From the NCBI GenBank assembly GCA_903843285.1, contig CAIMPC010000007.1, positions 92,730 to 156,729 on the forward strand: DNA of 64,000 nt. Direction: 5' to 3'. The DNA comes from Candidatus Omnitrophota bacterium. GTDB lineage: Bacteria > Omnitrophota > Gorgyraeia > 2-01-FULL-45-10. The translations under genes were made by a program, and so were the position numbers. A model generated the notes under the pieces. It worked only from the letters and a program-made list of their open reading frames with translations. It did no database searches and was not told the origin of the DNA. Positions 8,637-18,599 of this stretch are shown here, in pieces (position 1 is the stretch's first letter; each line of letters begins with the position of its first letter).

Positions 8637-9248
8637 ATGAAAAATACAAATCTGCTTAATAATCCTATAATTTGGGAATCGTACAGAATTTTAGCTAATT
8701 GCGCGTTCGGAGTTTGCCGCAAACGTTTTAAATTCCTGCTCGATCATGGTTTACTGAACAGTGATTTATCCATCATTGATATAGGATGCGGAATCGGCTG
8801 CTATTCCTCCGTAACCCGCGGGAAATACTTTGGTGTGGACCTAGAAGGCAGATACATTGATTATGCGAGGAAGCGGAATTGCTTTCCGAACTGCTCGTTT
8901 CAATCTGCGGATGCTGCATCGATATCGCCTGAGGGGCAGGGGTTCGATATAGCGTTAATGGTTGATTTTCTGCATCATATACCTGATGATCAATGTTTAA
9001 ATATCCTGAATAATGTGAAGCGCATAGCCAGGCGCCATATCATCATTTTCGATCCCGTGGCAATAGATACGAGAGGCCTCTTAGGGCGATTCCTGGCAAT
9101 GGGGGAAAGAGGCGAATATGTAAGGTCCGTTGACAGATTATACGGACTGCTGGAACAATGTAAATTAAAAATAACACATAGCGTTCACCTGTCTTTTGGG
9201 CCTGTCGATTCTGTGGCTATTATAATCGATCTGCCGCAGAGCCCATAG
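8637..9248 (+). CDS. class I SAM-dependent methyltransferase
   Basis: IIDIGCGIGCY motif I of Rossmann-fold methyltransferases. Confidence 0.65.
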   Translation: MKNTNLLNNPIIWESYRILANCAFGVCRKRFKFLLDHGLLNSDLSIIDIGCGIGCYSSVTRGKYFGVDLEGRYIDYARKRNCFPNCSFQSADAASISPEGQGFDIALMVDFLHHIPDDQCLNILNNVKRIARRHIIIFDPVAIDTRGLLGRFLAMGERGEYVRSVDRLYGLLEQCKLKITHSVHLSFGPVDSVAIIIDLPQSP

Positions 9249-9278
9249 GGTGTGATGAGCTAAAAGGAATGAGTCAGC

Positions 9279-11060
9279 GTGGAGCATATCACAGGGATTG
9301 TTAAAAAAAATAAGTTTATATTTTCAATGCTGGTGCTGTCATTTTTATGCTGGGGAAGACTTTTATTCCTGAGAGGCATATGGGTGGATGACTGGGCTTG
9401 GATATGGCACTATTTCAGTACCGGCAGCTTATCCGAATTTATCGCACCACTATCGAGTCTGCGTCATCCCTTGGATGGTCTGTTATTTTACGCGAATTTT
9501 AAACTGCTGGATATCATTCCGGCGCAGGCGGATAACATATGGAATATCTGGAAGTTCATATTTTTCATTACTAATCCGATCCTCCTCTATCTGATATTGA
9601 GGGGCTTGATGAAGAACCGCTCCATATTACCGGCAACAATAGCTGCGATCTATTTAACTTCTCCGATCGTCCATAATCTTTGCACGGTCGAGCTTGGCCG
9701 ACGGGTTTATATCTTCGCCTTCCTTGTTTCGATATTGCTATCGATGCTGTCAGTGCGTAAGAGCGGTATCAGGATAACATATTATATATCGGCGGCGATC
9801 CTTTCGGTAATTTCCATTTGCGGCATCGAGAGTTTCTTCTTCTTTGAGCTTGCCCGACCGGCTCTTATATTTTATTTGTTTAATAAAGACCGGAGAGACA
9901 GTTCTCTGAAAAATACCGGTAAAACCGTGATATATTGCATGCCTTTTTTTATTTTAGGGTCATTTATATTATTGTTTAATATGGGAGTCATAAGACCGCG
10001 TTCAGGTGTCTATGCCGATGCTTACACTCTATATCATGTGTCACTGGGCAAGTACCTGATGATCGTTATTAAAGCATATGCTGTGTCTATCGTCCGGTTA
10101 TTTGAGTTTAATTTTCATTTGTTCTTCAATAAGTCCATCCTCGCCAAGGACTATATTTATATATCGTTCACAGCCTTACTGTCAGCGATACTTATGATTT
10201 TTACACTCTTCAGGATCGATAACTCTAAGATAAGCCGTGAAGACCATAGCGATATCGCGATGGAGGCCAGGTCCTGGGTTATCATCGGGGCCATTCTTAC
10301 CATTCTGGGGCTGTTCCCTTACATGGTAGTGCGCGGAGCCTTGTCATTCGGCATCGGAAGCAAGCACGCGATCTTGGCTAGTATTGGTTTTTCAATATTT
10401 TTAGCATCAGCTCTTCTTTGGCTCTATCACAGCGTTCATATAAGAAAGGCTTTCTATTATATTCTATTCGCGGGGGTAATATTTCTCGGCGTCTTTAACT
10501 GCAACGTCGCCGTTAAGGCGTATAGTGATGACTGGCAGCAGCAAAAAGCTTTTTGGGCCGGGTTCGTCAAAAAGGTTCCAGAAATAAAGAAGAACACGTA
10601 TCTTATCGTTGATATGCCGCGCAATGAGCATATGTTTTTAGGCGAGTGGCGGGGTACTTTTGAATTCTCGGCGCCGCTAAACCTGATTTACGCCGCCTCA
10701 AGAAGTAAAGATGACGTGAATAGTCATTTTGCGGATACCTTCGAAGATGCCATGAATGCCGGCTCTGAGCAATCGTACGTAAATATTAGAGATAAGGCAG
10801 AGATCGAGTTTGAGTCGTACAAAGGAATACAGAAGCTGTATCCAAGAAATCTGATAATGGCGTCTTATCATGACGGACGATTATACCTTAATGATGAAAT
10901 TGAAAATTCCGGGCTGGGCGCTGAGGCTTGCGATGCGGCAGCTCATGCGTCGAAAGATCAGATAATTTACGGAAACAGAGCGGCCAGTCATCCGCTGCGA
11001 AGGATAATGGGATTTGAAGATAAAGATTTTCAGCCGATTAAACAGGTGATGAACAAGTAA
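9279..11060 (+). CDS. polytopic integral membrane protein (possible glycan polymerase or GT-C-fold transferase)
   Basis: More than 10 hydrophobic segments. GTG start with AAAGGA RBS. No diagnostic motif recognised. Confidence 0.4.
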   Translation: MEHITGIVKKNKFIFSMLVLSFLCWGRLLFLRGIWVDDWAWIWHYFSTGSLSEFIAPLSSLRHPLDGLLFYANFKLLDIIPAQADNIWNIWKFIFFITNPILLYLILRGLMKNRSILPATIAAIYLTSPIVHNLCTVELGRRVYIFAFLVSILLSMLSVRKSGIRITYYISAAILSVISICGIESFFFFELARPALIFYLFNKDRRDSSLKNTGKTVIYCMPFFILGSFILLFNMGVIRPRSGVYADAYTLYHVSLGKYLMIVIKAYAVSIVRLFEFNFHLFFNKSILAKDYIYISFTALLSAILMIFTLFRIDNSKISREDHSDIAMEARSWVIIGAILTILGLFPYMVVRGALSFGIGSKHAILASIGFSIFLASALLWLYHSVHIRKAFYYILFAGVIFLGVFNCNVAVKAYSDDWQQQKAFWAGFVKKVPEIKKNTYLIVDMPRNEHMFLGEWRGTFEFSAPLNLIYAASRSKDDVNSHFADTFEDAMNAGSEQSYVNIRDKAEIEFESYKGIQKLYPRNLIMASYHDGRLYLNDEIENSGLGAEACDAAAHASKDQIIYGNRAASHPLRRIMGFEDKDFQPIKQVMNK

Positions 11061-11074
11061 AACGCGGATATGGT

Positions 11075-12199
11075 ATGTATAAAACAGACATTGTGATAAT
11101 AGGGGCCGGCGTTATCGGATTGGCTGTCGCGAATGAACTTAGCGATCTGTCTAAAGATATAGTTGTTCTGGAAAAGAACGATAGTTTTGGCCGTGAGACA
11201 AGCTCCAGGAATAGCGAAGTCATTCATGGCGGGATATATTATATGCCCGGCAGCCTTAAAGCCTTAATGTGCGTACGGGGCAGGGAGCTCTTGTATGAAT
11301 TCTGCGCGAATAACAAAGTGCCTAATAAGAAGACGGGTAAGCTTATAGTCGCTACAGAGAAGGAGGAGGTCGGCTCGATTGCATCACTCTTCAGCAATGC
11401 GCGTCAGAACGGGGTTAAGGGCTTGAGGATCATCGGCCGGGAAGAGATCAGTGTTATGGAACCGGAGGTTCGCGGAATAGAGGCGCTGTATTCCCCTGAA
11501 ACGGGGATAGTCGATTCCCATAGTCTCATGCAGCGGCTGCTGGACAGGGCTAAAGCTAAAGGCGTTTCGGTGGTTTTTGAATCCGAGGTCACGGCTATAA
11601 GAAAAGACAAAGATATTTATAACGTTACGGTAAAGGGCGGGAATGAGACGACGGCCTTATCGGCAAGGGTCGTGGTCAATTGCGCCGGCCTCGATTCAGA
11701 CCTGGTAGCCGCTATGACGGGGCTCGATATAAAAGAACGTAAATATGAGCTGCAATACTGTAAGGGGCAGTATTTTCGTCTTAATAGAAAGAAGGCCGGG
11801 CGCGTAAAGATGTTAGTGTATCCCGTGCCAAATCCGGTATCCGGCGGGCTTGGTATACACGCCACCCCTGACCTTGCCGGAGGACTCCGATTAGGCCCCG
11901 ACCATGAAAAGATGAAGGGGCGTATTAAGGATTATTCAGTGGATGAGTCGAGAAAGAAGGATTTCTGCGCATCTGTCAGCAAGTTCCTGCCTTTCATTGA
12001 AGAAAGAGATGTCTTTACCGATACAGCAGGAATAAGGCCCGAATTACGCGATGACGCAAACGGCTATCGCGATTTTATCGTAAAGGAAGAGGCCCCGGCC
12101 GGACTTCCCGGATTTATCAATATGGTAGGGATAGAATCTCCGGGGCTGACTGCTTCACTGGCGATGGCCGAGCATGTGAGAAAGCTTGTCAGGCTGTAA
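11075..12199 (+). CDS. FAD-dependent oxidoreductase (L-2-hydroxyglutarate oxidase / GlpA-like family)
   Basis: N-terminal DIVIIGAGVIGLAVA dinucleotide-binding motif and SSRNSEVIHGGIYY motif typical of LhgO-like enzymes. Confidence 0.7.
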   Translation: MYKTDIVIIGAGVIGLAVANELSDLSKDIVVLEKNDSFGRETSSRNSEVIHGGIYYMPGSLKALMCVRGRELLYEFCANNKVPNKKTGKLIVATEKEEVGSIASLFSNARQNGVKGLRIIGREEISVMEPEVRGIEALYSPETGIVDSHSLMQRLLDRAKAKGVSVVFESEVTAIRKDKDIYNVTVKGGNETTALSARVVVNCAGLDSDLVAAMTGLDIKERKYELQYCKGQYFRLNRKKAGRVKMLVYPVPNPVSGGLGIHATPDLAGGLRLGPDHEKMKGRIKDYSVDESRKKDFCASVSKFLPFIEERDVFTDTAGIRPELRDDANGYRDFIVKEEAPAGLPGFINMVGIESPGLTASLAMAEHVRKLVRL

Positions 12200-12236
12200 A
12201 TCGTTTTGACTATAGACATAGTTAGTCGCGGCAGTG

Positions 12237-12242
12237 TATAAT
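12237..12242 (+). promoter_or_regulatory. TATAAT -10-like hexamer in a 101-bp intergenic gap (no convincing -35)
   Basis: gtgTATAAT sits 58 nt upstream of ATG 12301. A TTGACT lies 25 nt upstream, which is too far for a canonical -35. Confidence 0.25.
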
Positions 12243-12300
12243 TTATGATTGCGCTGGTTTACATCCGGCACAGGTAATTTAATTAACCGGAGCATGATTT

Positions 12301-13836
12301 ATGGCTGAACATAAGAGCGTTATCCTGATATATCCGAAAACCGGTATGGATTTCGGATCGACTGTCGCCCCGCCCCATTCGCTATTGACTATTGCTGCTC
12401 CATTGCACAGCGAAGGCTATCGAGTAAAGATAATAGATCAAAGAGTGGACAGAGACTGGAATAAACATCTGGCCGATGAGCTGATGCTTGACCCTATATG
12501 TATCGGGATATCCTCTATGACTGGTATGCATATACATTTTGCTGTTGAAGCGGCCAGGATCGTCAGGTCATTAACCAAGAATCGCGCGGTGCCTATTGTG
12601 TGGGGAGGCCCGCATCCGTCCATATTGCCGGAGCAGACACTTAATAGCGATTACGTGGATATAGTATGTGTCGGTGAAGGGGATATCACATTTAATGAAC
12701 TTGTAAAGGTCCTCGAGAAAGGTGGGGACCTGTCGGGAGTAAAGGGAATTGCGTTTAAGGATGGCAATAAAGCAGTAGTGAATTCTCCTGCTCCATTGAT
12801 CGACGTGGAAAAGCTACTGCCCGTACCATGGGAACTGATCGACGTGGAAAAGTATATTCATCCGGATATGTATCTTAAAGAAAGCTCCCGAACTTTAGAT
12901 ATAGGGCAGACGAGCAGGGGTTGCCCTTTCAGCTGCGGTTTCTGCTGCAGCGCCAGCCTGAGAATGAGGAAATGGCGCGCGATGTCAGTAGAGCGAAGCC
13001 TGCAGGCGATCGTGGATCCGATCAGGAGATTTAAGCTTAACGGTATCTGGATAAGGGATGACGAGTTCTATATTGACAGAGAAAGAGCTTCACGGATATG
13101 CGAGGGGATAATAAGAGAGAAGCTAAGCATAAGCTGGTATACATCAGGAACGAGAGTCGATGTATTTAATAAGGCATCCGATGAGCAGACGTCCCTGCTA
13201 AAGAAGAGCGGCGCGTACGTTCTGAAATATGGGGCCGAATCCGGCTCAGACAGGATCCTTAAGATGATAGAGAAGGGCATAAAAGTCGAAGATACTATCA
13301 GGGCCAACCTTAAGGCAAAGAAACATGGCATAACTCCGGCTTTTTCTTTGATGATAGGCTTTCCCACTCAGACGTTCGAAGAGATAGATGCTACCATTGA
13401 GCTTATGTTCAGGCTTAAGAGAGATAACCCCAGCGCGCAATTTGAGGCCATAGCGACCTATACCGCATTGCCGGGAACCCCGATGTACGATCTGGCTCTT
13501 AAGAACGGTTTGAAACCGCCTGATAGTTTGGAGGGATGGATTAACTGGAATTTTATCGATTATGACCTGGAGGGAGAGAGGATCCCGTGGTTCGATCTTG
13601 ATGCAAGAAGAAAGATAGGGAATATATGCTATTTAAGCATCCTGGCTAACGGGTTTCGCAATGCCATTGACAGCATAGAGAATGTGCTATTAAGGATGGT
13701 GGCGAAAGCATTTTATACGCCCATTAGTCTGTTTTATCGTCTCAGGCTTGAGCGAAAATGGTATAATTTTTCATGGGATCTCATGATCATAAGATTCATA
13801 AGGGCGAAACTTTTCTACAAGGGTTATTCCAAATAA
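12301..13836 (+). CDS. cobalamin-binding (class B) radical SAM protein
   Basis: B12-domain motif WGGPHPS. SRGCPFSCGFC radical SAM motif. Paralog of 47596 and 54824. Confidence 0.8.
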   Translation: MAEHKSVILIYPKTGMDFGSTVAPPHSLLTIAAPLHSEGYRVKIIDQRVDRDWNKHLADELMLDPICIGISSMTGMHIHFAVEAARIVRSLTKNRAVPIVWGGPHPSILPEQTLNSDYVDIVCVGEGDITFNELVKVLEKGGDLSGVKGIAFKDGNKAVVNSPAPLIDVEKLLPVPWELIDVEKYIHPDMYLKESSRTLDIGQTSRGCPFSCGFCCSASLRMRKWRAMSVERSLQAIVDPIRRFKLNGIWIRDDEFYIDRERASRICEGIIREKLSISWYTSGTRVDVFNKASDEQTSLLKKSGAYVLKYGAESGSDRILKMIEKGIKVEDTIRANLKAKKHGITPAFSLMIGFPTQTFEEIDATIELMFRLKRDNPSAQFEAIATYTALPGTPMYDLALKNGLKPPDSLEGWINWNFIDYDLEGERIPWFDLDARRKIGNICYLSILANGFRNAIDSIENVLLRMVAKAFYTPISLFYRLRLERKWYNFSWDLMIIRFIRAKLFYKGYSK

Positions 13837-13837
13837 G

Positions 13838-14809
13838 ATGAATGCCATATCTAAAGACGTATCGATCGAGCTCTACAATATTATGATGCGGATCAGGCTG
13901 GTGGAGCTTAAGATCGAGGAACTATATGCGCAAGATGAGATGAGGACGCCGATTCATCTGTGTGTAGGACAGGAGGCGATAGCAGCCGGAGTATGCGCAA
14001 ATCTAAATAAGGCAGACTATGTATTCAGTAATCATAGAGGACATGGCCACTACATAGCAAAGGGCGGCGATCTGAGAGCTATGGTCGCGGAGCTCTACTG
14101 TAAGGAGACGGGGTGTTCAAGGGGCAGGGGCGGATCGATGCACCTAATCGATACGTCGGTAGGCTTCATGGGATGCTCTTCGATAGTAGGCGGCAGCATA
14201 CCGATAGCGACAGGCGCGGCCCTGAACTCACTTCTGTGCAAGGATGGCAGGGTGTCAGTAGTCTTCTTCGGTGATGCGGCCTCCGAAGAAGGCGTTCTGT
14301 TCGAAAGTATGAACTTCGCAGCCTTAAAAAATTTACCCATCGTCTATATCTGCGAAAATAATTTTTACTCTGTTTGCTCTCACCAAACCGCCAGACAGGC
14401 AAACTGCGACATATCAATGAGGCCAAAAGCTTTCGATATATCTTCCTGTAAAGTCGACGGCTCGGAAGTCATGGAAGTATATGCAGAGTCAAAAAAGGCC
14501 ATCGATAAAGCGCGATCCGGCAAGGGTCCGTCTTTTTTAGAATGCCGCGCATATCGCTGGAGGGGCCACGTGGGTCCCGGGGATCCGCAGAAGGATTCCT
14601 ATAGAGAGCAGAAAGAATGGGTAGAATGGATGAAGAAAGACCCTCTTAAGAAGTTTGAGGACTCTTTAACGAAAAGCGATATTTTGGATGACGCGTGCAT
14701 AAAAAATATCAGATGTAAGATCGATGAGGATATTTCAGAAGCTTTTGAATTTGCCAAAAATTCCCCATTGCCGGACAGAAGAGAGCTTGAAAAATATCTA
14801 TATGGTTAA
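13838..14809 (+). CDS. thiamine-diphosphate-dependent dehydrogenase E1 alpha subunit-like protein (pyruvate/acetoin dehydrogenase E1 alpha family)
   Basis: NHRGHGHYIAKGGDL...GCSRGRGGSMHL motifs of E1 alpha. Confidence 0.75.
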   Translation: MNAISKDVSIELYNIMMRIRLVELKIEELYAQDEMRTPIHLCVGQEAIAAGVCANLNKADYVFSNHRGHGHYIAKGGDLRAMVAELYCKETGCSRGRGGSMHLIDTSVGFMGCSSIVGGSIPIATGAALNSLLCKDGRVSVVFFGDAASEEGVLFESMNFAALKNLPIVYICENNFYSVCSHQTARQANCDISMRPKAFDISSCKVDGSEVMEVYAESKKAIDKARSGKGPSFLECRAYRWRGHVGPGDPQKDSYREQKEWVEWMKKDPLKKFEDSLTKSDILDDACIKNIRCKIDEDISEAFEFAKNSPLPDRRELEKYLYG

Positions 14810-14814
14810 ATAAT

Positions 14815-15858
14815 ATGCCCTGGACAAAATTTATCATTGAAAAACAAGAACCGGGCTACGATGAGCACGCAGGTGGATCCGATCGGAAATTGACCGTACC
14901 TGAGGCCATAAGAGAGACGCTGGACCGGGCGCTTGCGATAGATAAGCAAGTCTTCGTAATGGGTCAGGGAGTTGACGATCCTTCGGGCATGTTCGGGATG
15001 ACGCTGGGCCTTCAGGAGAAATATGGTAAGGAGAGAGTATTTGATACGCCTTTGTCAGAGAATGCGCTGACGGGTATAGGCGTGGGGGCGGCTCTTACCG
15101 GGTCCAAACCCGTGTATTTTCATAACAGGCCTGACTTTCTGCTTTTAGCGATGGATCAGATCGTCAACCATGCAGCCAAATATAGTTACATGTTCGGAGG
15201 TAGAGTAAGGATCCCGTTAGTAATAGTCGCGATAATAGGGAGAGGGTGGGGTTCCGCCGCGCAGCATTCGCAGTCTCTGCACGGGTTATTTATGCACATA
15301 CCTGGCTTGCGCCTCGTCATGCCCAGCACGGCATACGACGCGAAAGGGTTATTGGCCGCCAGCATTGCTGATGGGAACCCGGTCATCTTTATTGAGCATC
15401 GCTGGCTGTTTAAACACAGGAGTTATGTTCCTGAGGAGCTGTATACGATCCCACTGGGAAAGGGCCTGGTGCGCCGTAAAGGAAAAGATGTGACGATAGT
15501 AGGTATATCCTATATGGTGATAGAGGCATTGAGGGCGGCGGAGGAGCTTAAAGGTGAGGGGTTTGATGCGGAGATTATCGATCCCAGGACGCTGAGGCCG
15601 CTTGATGAAGAGATTATCCTTGAATCAGTAAAGAAGACCGGGCATCTCGTGATAGCCGATACGGACTGGAAGACCGGCGGTGCTGCATCCGAGATCGCCT
15701 CGATGGTAGCGCAAAAGGGTTTTAAATATCTTAAGGCACCGGTAAAGATAGTAGCCTGGCCGGATGTGCCGGTTCCGGGTAGCTATGTCCTGGAAGAGGC
15801 TTTTTACCCGGGTAAAGACGATATTATAAGATTAGTAAAGGATCTGGTAAATATATGA
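14815..15858 (+). CDS. E1 beta subunit-like protein (transketolase-like Pyr and C-terminal domains)
   Basis: FVMGQGVDDPSGMFGMTLGL...ENALTGIGVGAALTG motifs. C-terminal transketolase_C-like segment. Confidence 0.75.
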   Translation: MPWTKFIIEKQEPGYDEHAGGSDRKLTVPEAIRETLDRALAIDKQVFVMGQGVDDPSGMFGMTLGLQEKYGKERVFDTPLSENALTGIGVGAALTGSKPVYFHNRPDFLLLAMDQIVNHAAKYSYMFGGRVRIPLVIVAIIGRGWGSAAQHSQSLHGLFMHIPGLRLVMPSTAYDAKGLLAASIADGNPVIFIEHRWLFKHRSYVPEELYTIPLGKGLVRRKGKDVTIVGISYMVIEALRAAEELKGEGFDAEIIDPRTLRPLDEEIILESVKKTGHLVIADTDWKTGGAASEIASMVAQKGFKYLKAPVKIVAWPDVPVPGSYVLEEAFYPGKDDIIRLVKDLVNI

Positions 15859-16787
15859 AGATATTAGTTACTGGGGCGGCAGGATACATAGGGTCTGTTT
15901 TGGTTCCCGAATTGTTGAAAGAGGGATTTCAGGTCATCGCGTTAGATAATTTCATGTATAATCAGGCGTCATTACTGGATTGCTGTAATAATAAGAATCT
16001 GACCATAATCCGCGCAGATGTGCGGGACAAGGGAGTGGTTTCTAGATGTTTGAAAGATGCCGATGTCATCATCCCGTTAGCATGCTTTACAGGAGCTCCT
16101 CTTTGCCAGATCAATCCATTCGAAGCTAAGAGTGTGATTTTGGACGCGATAAAGATGATGCTGGATCTGCGCAGTAAAGAACAGATCATCATATATCCCA
16201 CCACAAATAGCGGTTATGGGATAGGCCAGAAGGGAATATACTGTACCGAAAAGACTCCTTTAAAACCCGTATCTCTGTATGGTAAGCTGAAGGTTGAGGC
16301 TGAGAAGGCTCTGCTGGATGTGGGCAACTGCGTTACTTTAAGGCTCGCTACGGCATTTGGGATCAGCCCGAGGATGAGGCTGGACCTCCTGGTAAATGAC
16401 TTCACCTATCGCGCCGTAAACGATCGGTTCTTAGTGCTCTTCGAAGCTCATGCAAAGAGAAATTATATACACGTCCGCGATGTAGCGAAGGCCTTTATTC
16501 ACTGCCTGAATAAGTTCGATCGGATGAAGGATGAGCCGTATAATGTCGGTTTAAGCGATGCCAATCTCAGTAAATGGGAGCTGTGCGAAAAGATCAGGGA
16601 ACAGGTCCCTGACTTCTATTTCATAGAGGCGAATATCGGGGAGGATCCGGATAAGAGGGACTATATCGTCAGCAACCAAAAGATAGAGAAGACCGGATTC
16701 AGTACGAGCATGTCAATGCATGAAGGTATTCTGGAACTGATAAAGGGATATAAGATCATCAGAAGGAACCAATATTCCAATGTCTAA
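15855..16787 (+). CDS. NAD-dependent epimerase/dehydratase (extended SDR)
   Basis: ILVTGAAGYIGS Rossmann motif and YGKLK (YxxxK) catalytic motif. Confidence 0.75.
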   Translation: MKILVTGAAGYIGSVLVPELLKEGFQVIALDNFMYNQASLLDCCNNKNLTIIRADVRDKGVVSRCLKDADVIIPLACFTGAPLCQINPFEAKSVILDAIKMMLDLRSKEQIIIYPTTNSGYGIGQKGIYCTEKTPLKPVSLYGKLKVEAEKALLDVGNCVTLRLATAFGISPRMRLDLLVNDFTYRAVNDRFLVLFEAHAKRNYIHVRDVAKAFIHCLNKFDRMKDEPYNVGLSDANLSKWELCEKIREQVPDFYFIEANIGEDPDKRDYIVSNQKIEKTGFSTSMSMHEGILELIKGYKIIRRNQYSNV

Positions 16788-17532
16788 TATAAATATGGCA
16801 GATAAAGTAACCCTGATAATCCCTACGCTGAATGAGATAGATGGCGTGCGCGTTATCATGCCGAGGATAAAACCCGAATGGTACGATCAACTTATAGCCC
16901 TTGACGGCGGTTCGACCGACGGGACTGTCGAGTATCTGAGGGAGCGTGGTTATGAAGTCGCTTTTCAAAAAGCTGTAGGGTTAAGGAAAGCGTTCATTGA
17001 AAATTATAAGAACGTCAAAGGCGATATAATGATCACCTTCAGCCCCGACGGTAACTCTGTCCCGGAATTAATACCCGCGCTAATTGCCAAGATCAGAGAG
17101 GGCTATGACATGGTCATAGTCTCCAGATATCTGGATGGTGCCAAAAGTTACGATGATACTTTTATTAGCGGATTGGCAAACAAATTCTTCAAAAAAACCA
17201 TCGGCTTACTTTTCGGGTATAAGTACACGGACGCGCTAGTCATATATAGGGCGTACAGGAGAGAGATAGTGGATGAGCTGGGCATCCTTAAGCCGCGATC
17301 CGACTTCTATGAAAAGCACATAGGAAGATATGTAAGCTGGGAGCCTCAATTATCTATCCGCTGCGCAAAGAGAAGATTAAAGATCGCCGAGATCCCGGGA
17401 GACGAGCCTAAAAGAATAGAAGACGAGAGCAAGGTGGGACTGCGGATGCTGCCATCCAGCAGGATAAGACATTTCAGGGTCGGCTTTGCGTGTATAGCCC
17501 TGATCGTAGATGAGTTCTTCAGATTTCGTTAA
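16780..17532 (+). CDS. glycosyltransferase family 2
   Basis: VTLIIPTLNE...ALDGGSTDGT GT2 signature. Confidence 0.7.
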   Translation: MSNINMADKVTLIIPTLNEIDGVRVIMPRIKPEWYDQLIALDGGSTDGTVEYLRERGYEVAFQKAVGLRKAFIENYKNVKGDIMITFSPDGNSVPELIPALIAKIREGYDMVIVSRYLDGAKSYDDTFISGLANKFFKKTIGLLFGYKYTDALVIYRAYRREIVDELGILKPRSDFYEKHIGRYVSWEPQLSIRCAKRRLKIAEIPGDEPKRIEDESKVGLRMLPSSRIRHFRVGFACIALIVDEFFRFR

Positions 17533-17568
17533 ACAGATCAGGCGAAAGGATGGTTAAGGACTAGACAT

Positions 17569-18576
17569 ATGGTTATAAGCAGAACGCCTTTTCGTATATC
17601 TTTCTTTGGAGGGGGGACGGATTATCCTGTGTGGTATAAAGATAATCGCGGTGCGGTATTGACGGTCTCAATAAACAAGTATTGTTATCTGACCTGCCGT
17701 TATCTTCCGCCGTTTTTTAAGCATAAGTCCCGGATCATCTGGTCTGAAATAGAATACGTGAAAGGCATATCCGAGATTCGTCATCCATCGGCCAGGGAAT
17801 GTTTGCGATTTATGGACATCAAGAAAGGTGTGGAGATACATCATGACGGTGATCTGCCTGCCAGGACTGGAATGGGCTCGAGTTCTTCTTTTACGGTCGG
17901 ATTACTTCATGCGCTTTATGCGTTAAAAGGTATCATGCCCACTAAGAGGCAATTGGCGCTTGATGCCATTCACCTAGAACAGGAAGTGATGAAGGAGAAC
18001 GTCGGCTCCCAGGACCAGGCACAAGCCGCCTTTGGCGGATTTAATCTGATAGAATTTGGCGGAAAGGACCATATTATGGTCAGGCCGATGACCATAAATC
18101 CTGATAGATTGGCGCATTTTCACTCTCACCTGATGCTTTTTTATACGGGTCTTTCCAGGACCGCTTCGGAAATAGCGGCTGAGCAGATAAGATGCACCCC
18201 CTACAAGAAGAAAGAGCTGCATATGATGCATGGATTCGTAAATGACGCCATAGAGATCCTAAATGGTAATTCCCGACTGTCAGAGTTCGGGAAACTGTTG
18301 CATGAAAATTGGCTGATCAAGCGAAGCTTGTCCCATAAGATCTCGACAACCGCTATTGACCGAATGTATTCAACCGCTATAAGGGCGGGCGCCTCAGGGG
18401 GCAAACTTCTTGGTGCCGGCGGCGGAGGATTTATGTTAATATTTGCTAAGCCCGAGAATCAGCATGAGATAAGAGAGAAACTAAAAAAACTTTTATACGT
18501 GCCCTTTCGGTTTGAAGATCTGGGTAGCCAGATAATCTTTTACAGTCCCGGAGACTCTTTAACAAGTCCTGTTTAG
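17569..18576 (+). CDS. GHMP sugar kinase (D-glycero-D-manno-heptose 7-phosphate kinase HddA-like)
   Basis: RISFFGGGTDYP N-terminus, PARTGMGSSSSF GHMP ATP-binding motif, LLGAGGGGFM C-terminal motif. Confidence 0.7.
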   Translation: MVISRTPFRISFFGGGTDYPVWYKDNRGAVLTVSINKYCYLTCRYLPPFFKHKSRIIWSEIEYVKGISEIRHPSARECLRFMDIKKGVEIHHDGDLPARTGMGSSSSFTVGLLHALYALKGIMPTKRQLALDAIHLEQEVMKENVGSQDQAQAAFGGFNLIEFGGKDHIMVRPMTINPDRLAHFHSHLMLFYTGLSRTASEIAAEQIRCTPYKKKELHMMHGFVNDAIEILNGNSRLSEFGKLLHENWLIKRSLSHKISTTAIDRMYSTAIRAGASGGKLLGAGGGGFMLIFAKPENQHEIREKLKKLLYVPFRFEDLGSQIIFYSPGDSLTSPV

Positions 18577-18599
18577 AACTAATTAAGGGCGGGTAGGAT

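Noticed and set aside
12200-12211. ATCGTTTTGAC half-site resembling the operator palindrome, directly after the FAD oxidase stop
   Set aside because: Only one half-site is present with no inverted partner, so the similarity is probably coincidental. A TATAAT at 12237 is noted as a low-confidence feature instead.
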